50,447 bases of DNA from Thermomonas sp. GTDB lineage: Bacteria > Pseudomonadota > Gammaproteobacteria > Xanthomonadales > Xanthomonadaceae. A model generated the notes under the pieces. It was not told the DNA's origin and made no database searches. It worked only from the letters and a program-made list of their open reading frames with translations. Both the position numbers and the translations under genes were made by a program. Of this stretch, positions 1 through 13,322 are shown in pieces. The stretch lies in contig DAOOCX010000002.1 in assembly GCA_035408605.1 (NCBI GenBank), positions 1,294 through 51,740 of the forward strand. The letters run 5' to 3'. Positions within the stretch are counted from its first letter, which is position 1. Every line of letters begins with the position of its first letter.

Positions 1-56
1 ACGACGTGGTCGACGCCGAGTTCACCGAGGTCAAGGACGACAACAAGGGCGCCTGA
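1..56 (+). CDS. dnaK: Chaperone DnaK, C-terminal end (partial)
   Basis: Frame 3 reads DVVDAEFTEVKDDNKGA*, the conserved DnaK C-terminal motif, directly upstream of dnaJ. Confidence 0.93.
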   Translation, partial: DVVDAEFTEVKDDNKGA

Positions 57-134
57 TCGCGCAACGCGATTGACAGCAAAGCAGCGGGCAGGCCAGTGGT
101 CTGCCCGTTGCCGTGAAGGATGCAGGAAAGGTCG

Positions 135-1268
135 ATGAGCAAACGCGATTACTACGACGTGCTGGGCGTGGCCCGCAACGCCTCCGATGACGAATTGAAG
201 AAGGCCTATCGCCGTAGCGCGATGAAGCACCATCCGGACCGCAACCCCGGCGATGCAAGCGCCGAGGCCGCGTTCAAGGAGTGCAAGGAAGCCTATGAAG
301 TGCTGAGCGACGGTGGCAAGCGCCGCATGTACGACCAGCACGGCCATGCGGCGTTCGAGCATGGCATGGGCGGTGGCAACGCCGGGCCCGGCTTCGGTGG
401 CGCCGACATGGGCGACATCTTCGGCGACATCTTCGGCAACATCTTCGGCGGCGGTGCCCGCCAGCAGGGCCCGCGTCGCGGGGCCGACATCGGCTACGTG
501 ATGGAGCTCGACCTCGAGGAGGCGGTGGCGGGCGTCGAGAAGCGCATCGAGATCCCGACCCTGGCCAACTGCGAACCTTGCAAGGGCAGCGGCTCTGCCG
601 ACGGCAAGGTCGAGACCTGCGCCACCTGCCATGGACGTGGGCAGGTGCGCATGCAACGCGGTCCATTCGCGATGCAGGCACCGTGCCCGCACTGCGCCGG
701 CACCGGCAAGACCATTCCCAACCCGTGCCCCCAGTGCGATGGAAGTGGGCGCATCGAGGAAGAGAAAGCGCTGTCGGTGAAGATCCCGGCCGGCGTGGAC
801 AACGGCGACCGCATCCGCCTGGCGGGCGAGGGCGAGGCCGGCCCGGCCGGCGCGCCTCCGGGCGATCTGTACGTGGAAGTGCGGGTGCGCCCGCACGCCA
901 TCTTCGCCCGCGATGGCGACGACCTGCACTGCGAAGTGCCGATCCGGATTTCGCAGGCCGCGCTTGGCGACAGCGTGCGTGTCCCCACGTTGGGGGGCGA
1001 GGTCGAATTGCGCATCCCCGTCGAAACCCAGACAGGCAAGGTATTCCGCCTGCGCGACAGGGGCGTCAAATCGGTGCGTAGCCGGCACCCCGGCGACCTG
1101 TACTGCAAGGTCGTGGTCGAGACTCCGGTCAACCTCACCAACGAGCAGCGCGAGTTGCTGGAGCAGTTCGAGGCGACGTTTACCGGCGAGAACGCGCGCC
1201 GGCATTCGCCGAAATCCAGCACCTTCCTCGATGGCGTGAAGGGCTTCTGGGACCGCATGGTGTCCTGA
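135..1268 (+). CDS. dnaJ: Chaperone DnaJ
   Basis: MSKRDYY start, J-domain HPD, G/F-rich region, four CxxCxGxG repeats. Confidence 0.98.
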   Translation: MSKRDYYDVLGVARNASDDELKKAYRRSAMKHHPDRNPGDASAEAAFKECKEAYEVLSDGGKRRMYDQHGHAAFEHGMGGGNAGPGFGGADMGDIFGDIFGNIFGGGARQQGPRRGADIGYVMELDLEEAVAGVEKRIEIPTLANCEPCKGSGSADGKVETCATCHGRGQVRMQRGPFAMQAPCPHCAGTGKTIPNPCPQCDGSGRIEEEKALSVKIPAGVDNGDRIRLAGEGEAGPAGAPPGDLYVEVRVRPHAIFARDGDDLHCEVPIRISQAALGDSVRVPTLGGEVELRIPVETQTGKVFRLRDRGVKSVRSRHPGDLYCKVVVETPVNLTNEQRELLEQFEATFTGENARRHSPKSSTFLDGVKGFWDRMVS

Positions 1269-1357
1269 ATCATGCCCATCGTCGGAAAAAATGAGGCGCA
1301 ATTCGCAAAACCGGGTGGCCACGGCGACACGCGGCGCAAACCCGCGTAGCCTGCCCA

Positions 1358-3604
1358 ATGGCTCAATCCCCCGACCAGGGCCCCATGTCCTTCCGTTCCC
1401 CCACGGAAATTCCCCCGCAGACTCCGCCAGACCGGGGTCGGCTGCTCGACAGCCTGCAGAAGCAGATGCTGGAGCGGGTGTTGCCTGCGCTCGACCGCGC
1501 GCTGGGCAAGGTCGACGATTATCTGTTCGACCGCAGCCAGCAGGGCGACGAGGAATTCGGCCTGATGGCGTTGCGCGAGTTGCGTCGCCAGCGCGGCCAG
1601 ATCGCGCGCCGCTATGAGGACGTGGTACAGGCCGGGTTCCGCAACCTCCGCAGCGCGAGCGAATGGTTTCCCGCGGATGGTCGTTCATCCGACCTGAGCC
1701 TGTTGTCGGAGCAGGAGCTGGAGGAGCAACTGGCGGTCGAGCAACTGGCGGATGCACTGGTTCGCGTGCATGGCCCCGGGGTCGAGATGTCCGGCAAGCG
1801 CATTGCCCACATTGCCGGCCGCGAGGATCTGCAGGCGCAGGACAATCCGCTTGCGCCTGCCTTCCTGGCCGCTGCGCTGCGTACCGCCCTGGCCCCGTCC
1901 GAGCTGGAAGCCGGCGTGCGCATCGTGGTGTTCAAGTTCTTCGAACGCGAACTCGGGGCGGTGCTGGGTGCCGCCTACGAACGCGCAAACACGCTGATGA
2001 TCGCCGCCGGCGTGTTGCCCGAGCTGCGTGCGACGGTCAAGGCCACAGCGCAACCGCAGGCGCCGGCGAGTTCCCCGGATCCGCATGCCCCGCAAGCACC
2101 GTCAGGCCAGGTGCAGCTGCCCGCCCAGGTGAGCGCCGTCGACCAGGCGATGTTCGGCAATCTCCTCGGCCTGCTGCAGGGTTGGCGGACCGCCATGGGC
2201 GGCAACCGGGCAGATGCCGAAGGCGGCCCCCTGCAGCCGGGCGCGCAACAAGCGCCGGTCACCAAGCTCGGTTCCAGTGAGTTGATGTCGATCCTGTCCT
2301 TGATGCAGCAGGACATGCCGAATGCCCCGTTGCCGCCACGCGAGGCCGGCGGCGACCATCGCACCCTTGCTGAACAGCTGCGCAAGGAAGTCGCGCAGAA
2401 CGCGCGCAAGCTCGGGGTGGCGGGCGACAACCTGCACCTGGACGGGCTGGACGAGGACGCGGTCGACCTGGTGGCGTTGCTGTTCGACGTACTGCTCGAC
2501 GGCCCGCAGTTCGACGCCAACATCCGTCGCAAGATCGGCCGCATGCTGGTGCCGTACGTCAAGGTGGCGGTCAAGGATCGGCGCATGTTCCTGTTCAAGG
2601 AACATCCCGCGCGGCGCCTGCTCAACACGGTGGCAGAGGCTTGCGAGGGCAACCACGGCGAAGCGCCGCAGGAGCAGGCGCTGCTCAACCGCGTCGACTA
2701 CACCATCGATCGCCTGGTCGCCGAGTTCAACGAGGACGTGGCGATCTTCGAGACGCTGGAGCAGGAATTGCGCTCCTACATGGCGCAGCACCGCAAGCGG
2801 TTCGAGCTGGCCGAGAAGCGCGCCACCGAGGCGCAGCGCGGACGCGAGCGCCTGGACCTGGCTCGCAGCGCGGTCGCGGCGGAATTGATGCAGCACCGCG
2901 GCGAGCGTGAATTGCCGGCGGTGATGGACGAATTCATCGGCCGCCACGTCTCCCACCACCTGACCCAGGTGATGCTGCGCGATGGCCACGGCTCGCCGCG
3001 CCATGAGCAGGCGATCCAGGCCGTCGACCGCCTCCTGCTGGCGTTCGACTACGCCGAGGTACGCAGTCCGCTGGAGGAATTGCCGACGCTGCCACGTGCG
3101 CAGTTCGAAGCGATCCTGTCCAGTTCGGGCTGCACCGGCGATTCCGCGCAACTCGCGATCGACTCCTTGCAGGATGCGCTGGTGCGGCTGTCCGCGGGCG
3201 AACGCGCAGCCGACATTCCCGGGCACATGCCCGAGCAGGTCATCCTGCCGGAGCCGAAGGCCGTCGAGCCCGAGCCGCAGCTCGAGGTCGTGGCCGGCAA
3301 CGACCACCTGGACTACGACGCGGCCATGCTCGACCGCATGCGCAAGCTCCAGGTCGGCAGCTGGCTGCAGCTGGCGACGTCCGCGGATCGGGTCGAGCCG
3401 TCGAAGGTGTCGTGGATCAGCCCGATTTCCTCACGCCTGCTGCTGGTCAACCGTCGCGGCATCCGCGTGCTGGTGGCCTCGGCCGAGGAACTGGCGGCCA
3501 TGGCCAAACTCGGCAAGGTCAGCCTGCGCGAGGGCGACAGCGTGTTCGACAATGCCATGCACCAGGTCGCCGATCGGCTCAAGAACGCCGCCAGCCAGTT
3601 GTAG
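1358..3604 (+). CDS. DUF1631 family protein
   Basis: 748 aa helical protein with HPARRLLN and C-terminal SWISPISSRLLLVNRRG motifs recalled for DUF1631; alternative start at 1385. Confidence 0.75.
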   Translation: MAQSPDQGPMSFRSPTEIPPQTPPDRGRLLDSLQKQMLERVLPALDRALGKVDDYLFDRSQQGDEEFGLMALRELRRQRGQIARRYEDVVQAGFRNLRSASEWFPADGRSSDLSLLSEQELEEQLAVEQLADALVRVHGPGVEMSGKRIAHIAGREDLQAQDNPLAPAFLAAALRTALAPSELEAGVRIVVFKFFERELGAVLGAAYERANTLMIAAGVLPELRATVKATAQPQAPASSPDPHAPQAPSGQVQLPAQVSAVDQAMFGNLLGLLQGWRTAMGGNRADAEGGPLQPGAQQAPVTKLGSSELMSILSLMQQDMPNAPLPPREAGGDHRTLAEQLRKEVAQNARKLGVAGDNLHLDGLDEDAVDLVALLFDVLLDGPQFDANIRRKIGRMLVPYVKVAVKDRRMFLFKEHPARRLLNTVAEACEGNHGEAPQEQALLNRVDYTIDRLVAEFNEDVAIFETLEQELRSYMAQHRKRFELAEKRATEAQRGRERLDLARSAVAAELMQHRGERELPAVMDEFIGRHVSHHLTQVMLRDGHGSPRHEQAIQAVDRLLLAFDYAEVRSPLEELPTLPRAQFEAILSSSGCTGDSAQLAIDSLQDALVRLSAGERAADIPGHMPEQVILPEPKAVEPEPQLEVVAGNDHLDYDAAMLDRMRKLQVGSWLQLATSADRVEPSKVSWISPISSRLLLVNRRGIRVLVASAEELAAMAKLGKVSLREGDSVFDNAMHQVADRLKNAASQL

Positions 3605-3656
3605 GCACGCGGCCGCGCGGCTTGTCGCGGCCCGCCCTGCCGGCTAGCCTGCGGGC

Positions 3657-4367
3657 ATGACGAATCCCGTTCGATTGCTGGTCCATGGTGCCAACGGGCG
3701 CATGGGCCAAAGCCTGCAACGCCTGTGCCGCGAGGAAAACGCAGGGTGCACCGTGGTAGCCGCGGTGTCGCGGACGGTCGATGCGCGCGTCGTCGATGGC
3801 ATCCCGCAATTCGCTTCCAGCGAACTGGCGGGCGTGCCGGCCTTCGATGTCGCCGTGGATTTCAGCCTGCCCGCGGGCTTCGACGCGATCCTCGGCCTGT
3901 GCGTCGCCCGTGGCGCTGGATTGGTATCCGGCACGACCGGCTTGTCCGTGTCGCAGGAAGCCGCATTGGCCGACGCGGCGACACGCATCCCGCTCGCCTG
4001 GGCCAGCAACTTCAGCCTGGGCGTTGCCGTGCTGCATGACCTGGTCGAGCGTGCGGCGCGTGCCTTGCCTGGCTGGGATTGCGATATCGTCGAATCCCAC
4101 CACACCCGCAAGCGGGATGCGCCTTCGGGCACTGCGCTGACGCTGGGCGACTCGGCCGGGCAGGGCGGCGCCACGCCGCATTACGCCTCGATCCGCGCCG
4201 GCGACATCGTCGGCGAGCACCTGGTGCAGTTCACCACGGCGGGCGAGCGCATCGAACTGATCCATCGCGCGGGCAACCGCGACATCTTCGCGCGAGGCGC
4301 CCTGCATGTGGCAGCGCGGCTGAAGGGCCGCGCCGCTGGTCGTTATCGGGTCGCCGATCTGCTCTGA
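3657..4367 (+). CDS. dapB: 4-hydroxy-tetrahydrodipicolinate reductase
   Basis: GANGRMG Rossmann motif, ESHHTRKRDAPSGTA, RAGDIVGEH; dapB-carAB synteny. Confidence 0.96.
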   Translation: MTNPVRLLVHGANGRMGQSLQRLCREENAGCTVVAAVSRTVDARVVDGIPQFASSELAGVPAFDVAVDFSLPAGFDAILGLCVARGAGLVSGTTGLSVSQEAALADAATRIPLAWASNFSLGVAVLHDLVERAARALPGWDCDIVESHHTRKRDAPSGTALTLGDSAGQGGATPHYASIRAGDIVGEHLVQFTTAGERIELIHRAGNRDIFARGALHVAARLKGRAAGRYRVADLL

Positions 4368-4429
4368 CGGACTTCCCTGGCGCTCCCTCATCGGGGTGAA
4401 TCCTGATTCGCCCGGGTGAATCGGGATGC

Positions 4430-4458
4430 TGGCGACCGCTGGCACATGCCGGTACAAT
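4430..4458 (+). promoter_or_regulatory. Putative sigma70 promoter of the carAB operon
   Basis: TACAAT at 4453-4458 with TGGCGA 17 bp upstream. Confidence 0.45.
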
Positions 4459-4541
4459 TCTCGCTCGCCTGAACCCCTCCGCTCCGAACCGGTTGAAGCC
4501 GCTTCGGCGCTTTTCTGCAACCTCTCGCAGGGCGATGCCTC

Positions 4542-5686
4542 TTGAACATACCCGCAATCCTCGTGCTTGAAGACGGAACCGTCTTCGAGGGCATTTCCGT
4601 GGGCGCCGCCGGCCTCACCGTGGGCGAAGTGGTGTTCAACACCGCGATGACCGGCTACCAGGAAATCCTCACCGACCCGTCGTACGCGCGGCAATTGGTG
4701 ACCCTGACCTATCCGCACATCGGCAACACCGGTTGCACCGCGCAGGACGACGAAGCCGACCGCGTCTGGGCCGCCGGCCTGATCGTGCGCGACGTGCCGC
4801 GCCGCGCCAGCAGCTGGCGCAGCGAGATCGCGCTGCCGGAGTGGCTGCGCGCCCGCGGCATCGTGGCGATTTCCGGCATCGACACCCGCAAGCTCACCCG
4901 CATCCTCCGCGACCGCGGCTCGCAGAACGGCGCGCTGATGGCGGGGGCCGCTCCCGACGCGCAACTCGACGTGGACAAGGCCGTCGAGGCCGCACGCAAG
5001 TTCCCCGGCCTGAAAGGCATGGACCTGGCCAAGGTGGTCAGTACCCAAGCCAACTACACGTGGCGCGACGGGCAGTTGGACCTCGACCGCAATGCCTTCG
5101 TGCGCGCCGATTCGAGGTTCAAGGTCGTGGCCTACGACTTCGGGGTCAAGCACAACATCCTGCGCATGCTGGCCGAACGCGGTTGCGACGTGACCGTGGT
5201 GCCGGCGCAGACGCCTGCCGCCGACGTGCTGGCGATGCAGCCGGACGGCGTGTTCCTCTCCAACGGCCCCGGCGATCCGGCGCCCTGCGACTACGCGATC
5301 GCCGCGATCCGCGACTTCATCGCGGCGAAGGTGCCGACCTTCGGCATCTGCCTGGGCCACCAGTTGCTGGCGCTGGCCGCAGGCGCGCGGACCTTGAAGA
5401 TGCCGCACGGCCACCACGGCGCCAACCATCCGGTGCAGGACCTGACCGGCGCGGGCGGCGGCAAGGTGATGATCACTTCGCAGAACCACGGGTTCGCGGT
5501 GGACGAAACCAGCCTGCCGGCCAACGTCAGGGTGACCCACCGCTCGCTGTTCGACGGCAGCAACCAGGGCATCGAACTGACCGACGCCCCGGCCTTCAGT
5601 TTCCAGGGGCATCCCGAAGCCTCGCCCGGCCCGCACGACGTGGCACCGCTGTTCGATCGATTCGTTGCGCTCATGGAGACGCACTG

Positions 5687-5687
<1 letters not shown>
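4542..5687 (+). CDS. carA: Carbamoyl-phosphate synthase small subunit
   Basis: [39 protein letters not shown]; TTG start. Confidence 0.98.
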
Positions 5688-8925
<3,238 letters not shown>

Positions 8926-8926
<1 letters not shown>

Positions 8927-9402
8927 TGCACGCACCCATCACCGCGAAGGGCGCACTGCGCCTGCGCGCCGAGCTGGAAGAACTGAAGTCGGTCAAGCGG
9001 CCGGAAGTGATCGCCGCGATCGCCGAAGCGCGCGCGCACGGCGACCTCAAGGAAAACGCCGAATACCACGCCGCCCGCGAACAGCAGGGGTTCATCGAGG
9101 GGCGGATCAAGCACCTCGAGGGCGAACTCTCGCATGCGCAGGTCATCGACATCGCCAACCTGTCGGTGGGCGACAAGGTCGTGTTCGGCGCCACTGTCGA
9201 ACTTGCCGACGTCGACACGGACGAGCAGAAGACCTACCAGATCGTGGGCGACCTCGAGGCAGACATCAAGCAGGGCCTGATCGCGATTTCCTCGCCGGTC
9301 GCGCGCGCGATGATCGGCAAGCACGAGGGTGACGCGATCACCATCGAAGCCCCGGGCGGCATCCGCGAATACGAGATCATCTCGGTCAAGTACCTGGGCT
9401 GA
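8926..9402 (+). CDS. greA: Transcription elongation factor GreA
   Basis: [23 protein letters not shown]; coupled to carB. Confidence 0.97.
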
Positions 9403-9406
9403 GCGC

Positions 9407-10339
9407 GTGCCGCGGTTGACCCTGCTGCTGCCGGCGACCACGCGCTTCGCCGGCGTGGCCTTGCCGCAGGCGCTCGCGGCTGCGCTCGGGCGTGCCGATC
9501 GCGCGATGCATGAGGCAGGCGAGGACGCGCAACTCGCGCGGCACTTCCGCTTGCTGCCGAATCGTTGGGCGCACGCGGCATTGACCCGCGTGGTCGACGG
9601 CGGCCAGGAGGATGCGCGCCTGTCCGGCTGGCTGCGCGCGGATCCGGCGTACATCCGTCCGGACATCAATGGCGCGCGCCTGCTCGCCACGGGTGACGGC
9701 CTTGGCATCGACGCGGCTGACGTGGAGGCGGTGCTGCCGGCGCTGCGCCCGCTGTTTGGTGATGTTGGTTTCGGGCTGGATGCACCGCATCCAGGTCGTT
9801 GGTACCTGCGCTTGCCGAAGGAAGCCGCATTGCCTGCGTTCGCATCGCCCACGCAGGCCTTGGGTGATGACGTGTTCGAGCATATTCCGGCCGCGCCCGA
9901 GGCGCGCCGCTGGCGGCTGCTGGCCAGCGAGGCGCAGGTGGTGTTGCACAACCATCCACGCAACGCGACGCGTGCCGCCGCCGGCAAGCCGCCGATCAAC
10001 GCGCTGTGGTTCTGGGGCGGCGGGGTATTGCCCGACCACGTGGCGAGCGCATCCCCCACGCTGTATTCCGACGATCCCTTGCTGCATGGGCTGGCGAAAC
10101 TCGGCACGCTGGACGCCATGCCGCTGGATGCCGCGAAGGAGTCGGAGGACGACGGGTTGATCGATTTGCGGGCAGTGCGCGATCCGCGGGCGGACGTGGC
10201 GCGATGGCTGTCGCCCGCCGCGCAGGCTGCATCGCGTGGCGAGGTCGTATTCGACTTCGCCGATGGCATGGTGTTCACGGTTGCCCCTGGCCAGCGTTGG
10301 CGGTTCTGGCGCAAGCCCGCAGCCCGGATCGACGCATGA
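9407..10339 (+). CDS. rpfE: Phosphoglycerate mutase-like protein (RpfE-like)
   Basis: WLRADP, LHNHPRN, INALWFWGGG motifs; position between greA and recJ as recalled for Xanthomonas rpfE; GTG start inferred. Confidence 0.65.
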   Translation: MPRLTLLLPATTRFAGVALPQALAAALGRADRAMHEAGEDAQLARHFRLLPNRWAHAALTRVVDGGQEDARLSGWLRADPAYIRPDINGARLLATGDGLGIDAADVEAVLPALRPLFGDVGFGLDAPHPGRWYLRLPKEAALPAFASPTQALGDDVFEHIPAAPEARRWRLLASEAQVVLHNHPRNATRAAAGKPPINALWFWGGGVLPDHVASASPTLYSDDPLLHGLAKLGTLDAMPLDAAKESEDDGLIDLRAVRDPRADVARWLSPAAQAASRGEVVFDFADGMVFTVAPGQRWRFWRKPAARIDA

Positions 10340-12036
10340 GCGCCACCCGGCGCATCGTCCGTCGCGACGCCGTCGAGGCGCGTGGCGACTGGCCGGCGTC
10401 ATGGCCGCCTTTGCTGCGCCGCGTGCATGCCGCGCGTGGCAGCGATGCGCGGGAGGCGATGCCGCGGCTTGCCGACCTGCTGCCGTTCACCGGGTTGGCC
10501 GGCATCGAACACGCGGTGGAGTTGCTGCGCGATGCGGTCCACCGCGATGCACGCATCCTGGTGGTCGGCGATTTCGATTGCGACGGTGCCACCGCCTGCG
10601 CGGTCGGCGTGCGCGGGCTGCGCATGCTCGGTGCGAACCACGTGATGCATGCGGTACCGAACCGGATCGTGCACGGCTATGGGATGACGCCCGGCCTGGT
10701 GGAGGAACTCGCGGCGCTGCACCCGGACCTGGTGGTGACGGTGGACCACGGCATCGCCTGCCATGCCGGCATCGATGCGGCCAAGGCGCGCGGCTGGCAG
10801 GTTCTGGTGACCGATCATCACTTGCCCGGCCCGACGCTGCCGTCGGCCGATGCCATCGTCAATCCCAACCAGCCCGGCGACACCTTTGCCAGCAAGGCGA
10901 TGGCCGGGGTGGGGGTGATCTTCTACCTGTTGCTGGCGCTACGGGCGCGCCTTGGCGCGTCGGCGGACCTGGCCTCGCTGCTGGACCTGGTCGCGGTCGG
11001 GACGGTGGCCGACATGGTGGCGCTGGATGCCAACAATCGCGCCCTGGTCGGCGCCGGGTTGCGCCGCCTGCGCGCGGGGCAGGGCTGCGCTGGACTCCGA
11101 GCCCTGATCGACGTGTCCGGCCGTCGCGAGGCCACGCTGTCCACCGCCGACATCGGCTTCGCGATCGGGCCACGCATCAATGCAGCCGGCCGGCTGGAGG
11201 ACATGGGCATCGGCATCGAATGCCTGCTCAGCGATGACGTCGGCCACGCGCGCCAACTCGCCTCGGTCCTGCACGGCATCAACGAGGAACGCCGCGCCGT
11301 GCAGGCCGACATGCAGGACGTGGCGGAGGCGCGACTGGATGGCGTGGGACAGGACGCGCCCGCCGCCTGCCTGTTCGACGAGGACTGGCATCCGGGCGTG
11401 GTCGGGCTGGTGGCGTCCAAGTTGAAGGAACGCCTGCATCGGCCGGCCATCGCCTTCGCGCCGGTCGAACCGGGCGGGGCGGCATTGCGGGGCTCTGCGC
11501 GCTCGATTCCCGGCTTCCATGTCCGCGACGCACTGGCGCTGGTCGATGCGCGCCATCCGGGCCTGATCGATCGCTTCGGCGGCCATGCGATGGCAGCCGG
11601 GTTGAGCCTGCAGGTGGAGGCGTTCCCGGCGTTTTGCGACGCGTTCCTGCAGGTCGCGTCGGACTGGCTCACCGATGACCTGCTCACCGACGTGCTGCGC
11701 AGCGACGGCGCCCTGGCCGATGCCGATTTCCACATCGACACCGCGCTGGCCCTGCGCGATGGCGGCCATTGGGGGCAGGGCTATGCCGAGCCGCTGTTCG
11801 ACGGCGAGTTCGACGTGCTGGCTTGGCGCATCGTCGGCGAACGCCACCTCAAGCTGGAACTGGGCGCGGGCGGAAAACGCCTGAACGCCATCCACTTCGG
11901 CGGCTGGGACGGCGATGCGCCACCGTCACGGCTGCACATCGCCTATCGGTTGGTGCCCGACGACTACCGCGGCAACGGTGCTATCCAGTTGCTGGTCGTG
12001 CACCGTGAACCGGCGTCGTCCGGACTTCGCGCTTGA
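10336..12036 (+). CDS. recJ: ssDNA exonuclease RecJ
   Basis: GDFDCDG, TDHH, GPRINAAGRL, GSARS, GGHAMAAG. Confidence 0.97.
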   Translation: MSATRRIVRRDAVEARGDWPASWPPLLRRVHAARGSDAREAMPRLADLLPFTGLAGIEHAVELLRDAVHRDARILVVGDFDCDGATACAVGVRGLRMLGANHVMHAVPNRIVHGYGMTPGLVEELAALHPDLVVTVDHGIACHAGIDAAKARGWQVLVTDHHLPGPTLPSADAIVNPNQPGDTFASKAMAGVGVIFYLLLALRARLGASADLASLLDLVAVGTVADMVALDANNRALVGAGLRRLRAGQGCAGLRALIDVSGRREATLSTADIGFAIGPRINAAGRLEDMGIGIECLLSDDVGHARQLASVLHGINEERRAVQADMQDVAEARLDGVGQDAPAACLFDEDWHPGVVGLVASKLKERLHRPAIAFAPVEPGGAALRGSARSIPGFHVRDALALVDARHPGLIDRFGGHAMAAGLSLQVEAFPAFCDAFLQVASDWLTDDLLTDVLRSDGALADADFHIDTALALRDGGHWGQGYAEPLFDGEFDVLAWRIVGERHLKLELGAGGKRLNAIHFGGWDGDAPPSRLHIAYRLVPDDYRGNGAIQLLVVHREPASSGLRA

Positions 12037-13168
12037 GCCCGAACAGCGGTCGCAGCCAGGCGATGCGGCGGATCACCGCGTAGCCGAGCAGGCACAGGCC
12101 GAACGTGGCCACGACCAGCAGTGGCCCTTCCAGCACGGGCGGGAGATGCAGCGGCTTCAGGTTGTGCGCGAGCAGCACGATCACTGTCTGGTGGAGGATG
12201 TAGAACGGGAACACCGCGACGGTCAGGGTGCGCAACAACGGACTGTCCTGCGGATTCCAGTTGCGGGCATATCCCAGGATGGCGGCGATCGCGGCCCATT
12301 CCATCATTCCCCAGCACGTCCAGATCAGGCTCATCCATGCTGTCGGGATCGGGTCGGCATCATCGAATTGCAGCCACGCCGCCAGCATCGACAGATAACT
12401 GGCTGCCGCCAGCAGCAACATGCGGTGGCGATGCCGGCGCAATGGCTCCCACGCGGCATCGGTCGATGTCAGCAGGTAGCCGAGGGCGAACACCAGCCCG
12501 TACTGCAGGTGGTTGTAGGCGTCGTCGACAAGGTCGTGGGTGGATGGCGCGTGCGGATACACCAGCACCCGCGCGGCGACCAGGGCCAGCATCGGCCACC
12601 ACAGGATCCCGTGGCCACTGCATGCCCGGCGCACGAACGCCGCACCCTTGGCCCGCCACGATGGCGGCAGCAGGCGGCAGGTCGCCCACAACACCGCCGA
12701 ATAGACCCACAGGTAGGCGACGAACCAGAGGTGGTTCCAGGTGGGCGAATCCACGCAGTCGCCCGGTGCCATGCAGTAGAGGTCGCCGCCCTTGAGGTAG
12801 TCGTCCATGAAACCGAGGTAGCCGGCGTGGTAGCCGCCCGGGACTTTCTCGACCAGTTCCAGGTAGGCCTGCGGCGGCACCACCACGTACATCCCGAACA
12901 GCAGCGGCAACAGCAACCGCCAGGAACGCTGGCGCAGGAAACCAACCGGGAGTTTCGCGCGCAGGTGCGCGGTGGCCACGCCCGAGACCAGGAACAGCAA
13001 GGCGAGCCGCCAGGGCGCGCTGAGGATCATGAAGGGCTCCAGCGCGGGAACCAGTTCAGGGCTTTTGACGTGCCAGTCCCAGCTCACGTAGTACATGCCC
13101 ACGTGGTACGGGACGAGCAGGGCGAAGGCGAGGATGCGCACCCAGTCGAGATCGAAGCGGCGTTGCAT
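11981..13168 (-). CDS. Acyltransferase family 3 membrane protein (OpgC/MdoC-like)
   Basis: RRFDLDWVR...H, FLVSG, RLLLPL, HLWFVAYL, FYILHQT; multiple TM helices. Confidence 0.88.
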   Translation of the reverse strand: MQRRFDLDWVRILAFALLVPYHVGMYYVSWDWHVKSPELVPALEPFMILSAPWRLALLFLVSGVATAHLRAKLPVGFLRQRSWRLLLPLLFGMYVVVPPQAYLELVEKVPGGYHAGYLGFMDDYLKGGDLYCMAPGDCVDSPTWNHLWFVAYLWVYSAVLWATCRLLPPSWRAKGAAFVRRACSGHGILWWPMLALVAARVLVYPHAPSTHDLVDDAYNHLQYGLVFALGYLLTSTDAAWEPLRRHRHRMLLLAAASYLSMLAAWLQFDDADPIPTAWMSLIWTCWGMMEWAAIAAILGYARNWNPQDSPLLRTLTVAVFPFYILHQTVIVLLAHNLKPLHLPPVLEGPLLVVATFGLCLLGYAVIRRIAWLRPLFGLKREVRTTPVHGARPATG

Positions 13169-13232
13169 GCGGTCGGTTCCGTGGCGAAACAGCGGCCAAC
13201 ATCCGTCCGCTTGGGTGATCCCGCCAGCGTGG

Positions 13233-13289
13233 AGTGACCGTGCGATGCGGCGCAGGGACGGGTCGCGGGATGCAGGGACGAGTCGCGGG
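13233..13289. promoter_or_regulatory. Direct repeats, candidate LytTR operator
   Basis: GCAGGGACGGGTCGCGGG (13252-13269) and GCAGGGACGAGTCGCGGG (13272-13289), plus AGTGAC at 13233, in the divergent intergenic region. Confidence 0.55.
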
Positions 13290-13322
13290 CCATGCCGCAG
13301 GAGCCGCCCGTAGAATGCGTGG

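Noticed and set aside
81-111. Hairpin between dnaK and dnaJ as a terminator or ncRNA
   Set aside because: No U-tract; most likely an ordinary mRNA-stabilising stem
411-448. Tandem GGCGACATCTTC repeats in dnaJ
   Set aside because: They encode the normal DIF repeats of the G/F region
4733-5686. N-terminal extension making CarB 1397 aa
   Set aside because: Overlaps carA in another frame; the canonical MPKRTD start is at 5687. The track's upstream extensions of recJ, acnA, mnmA, trxB, aat, infA and crcB were trimmed for similar reasons
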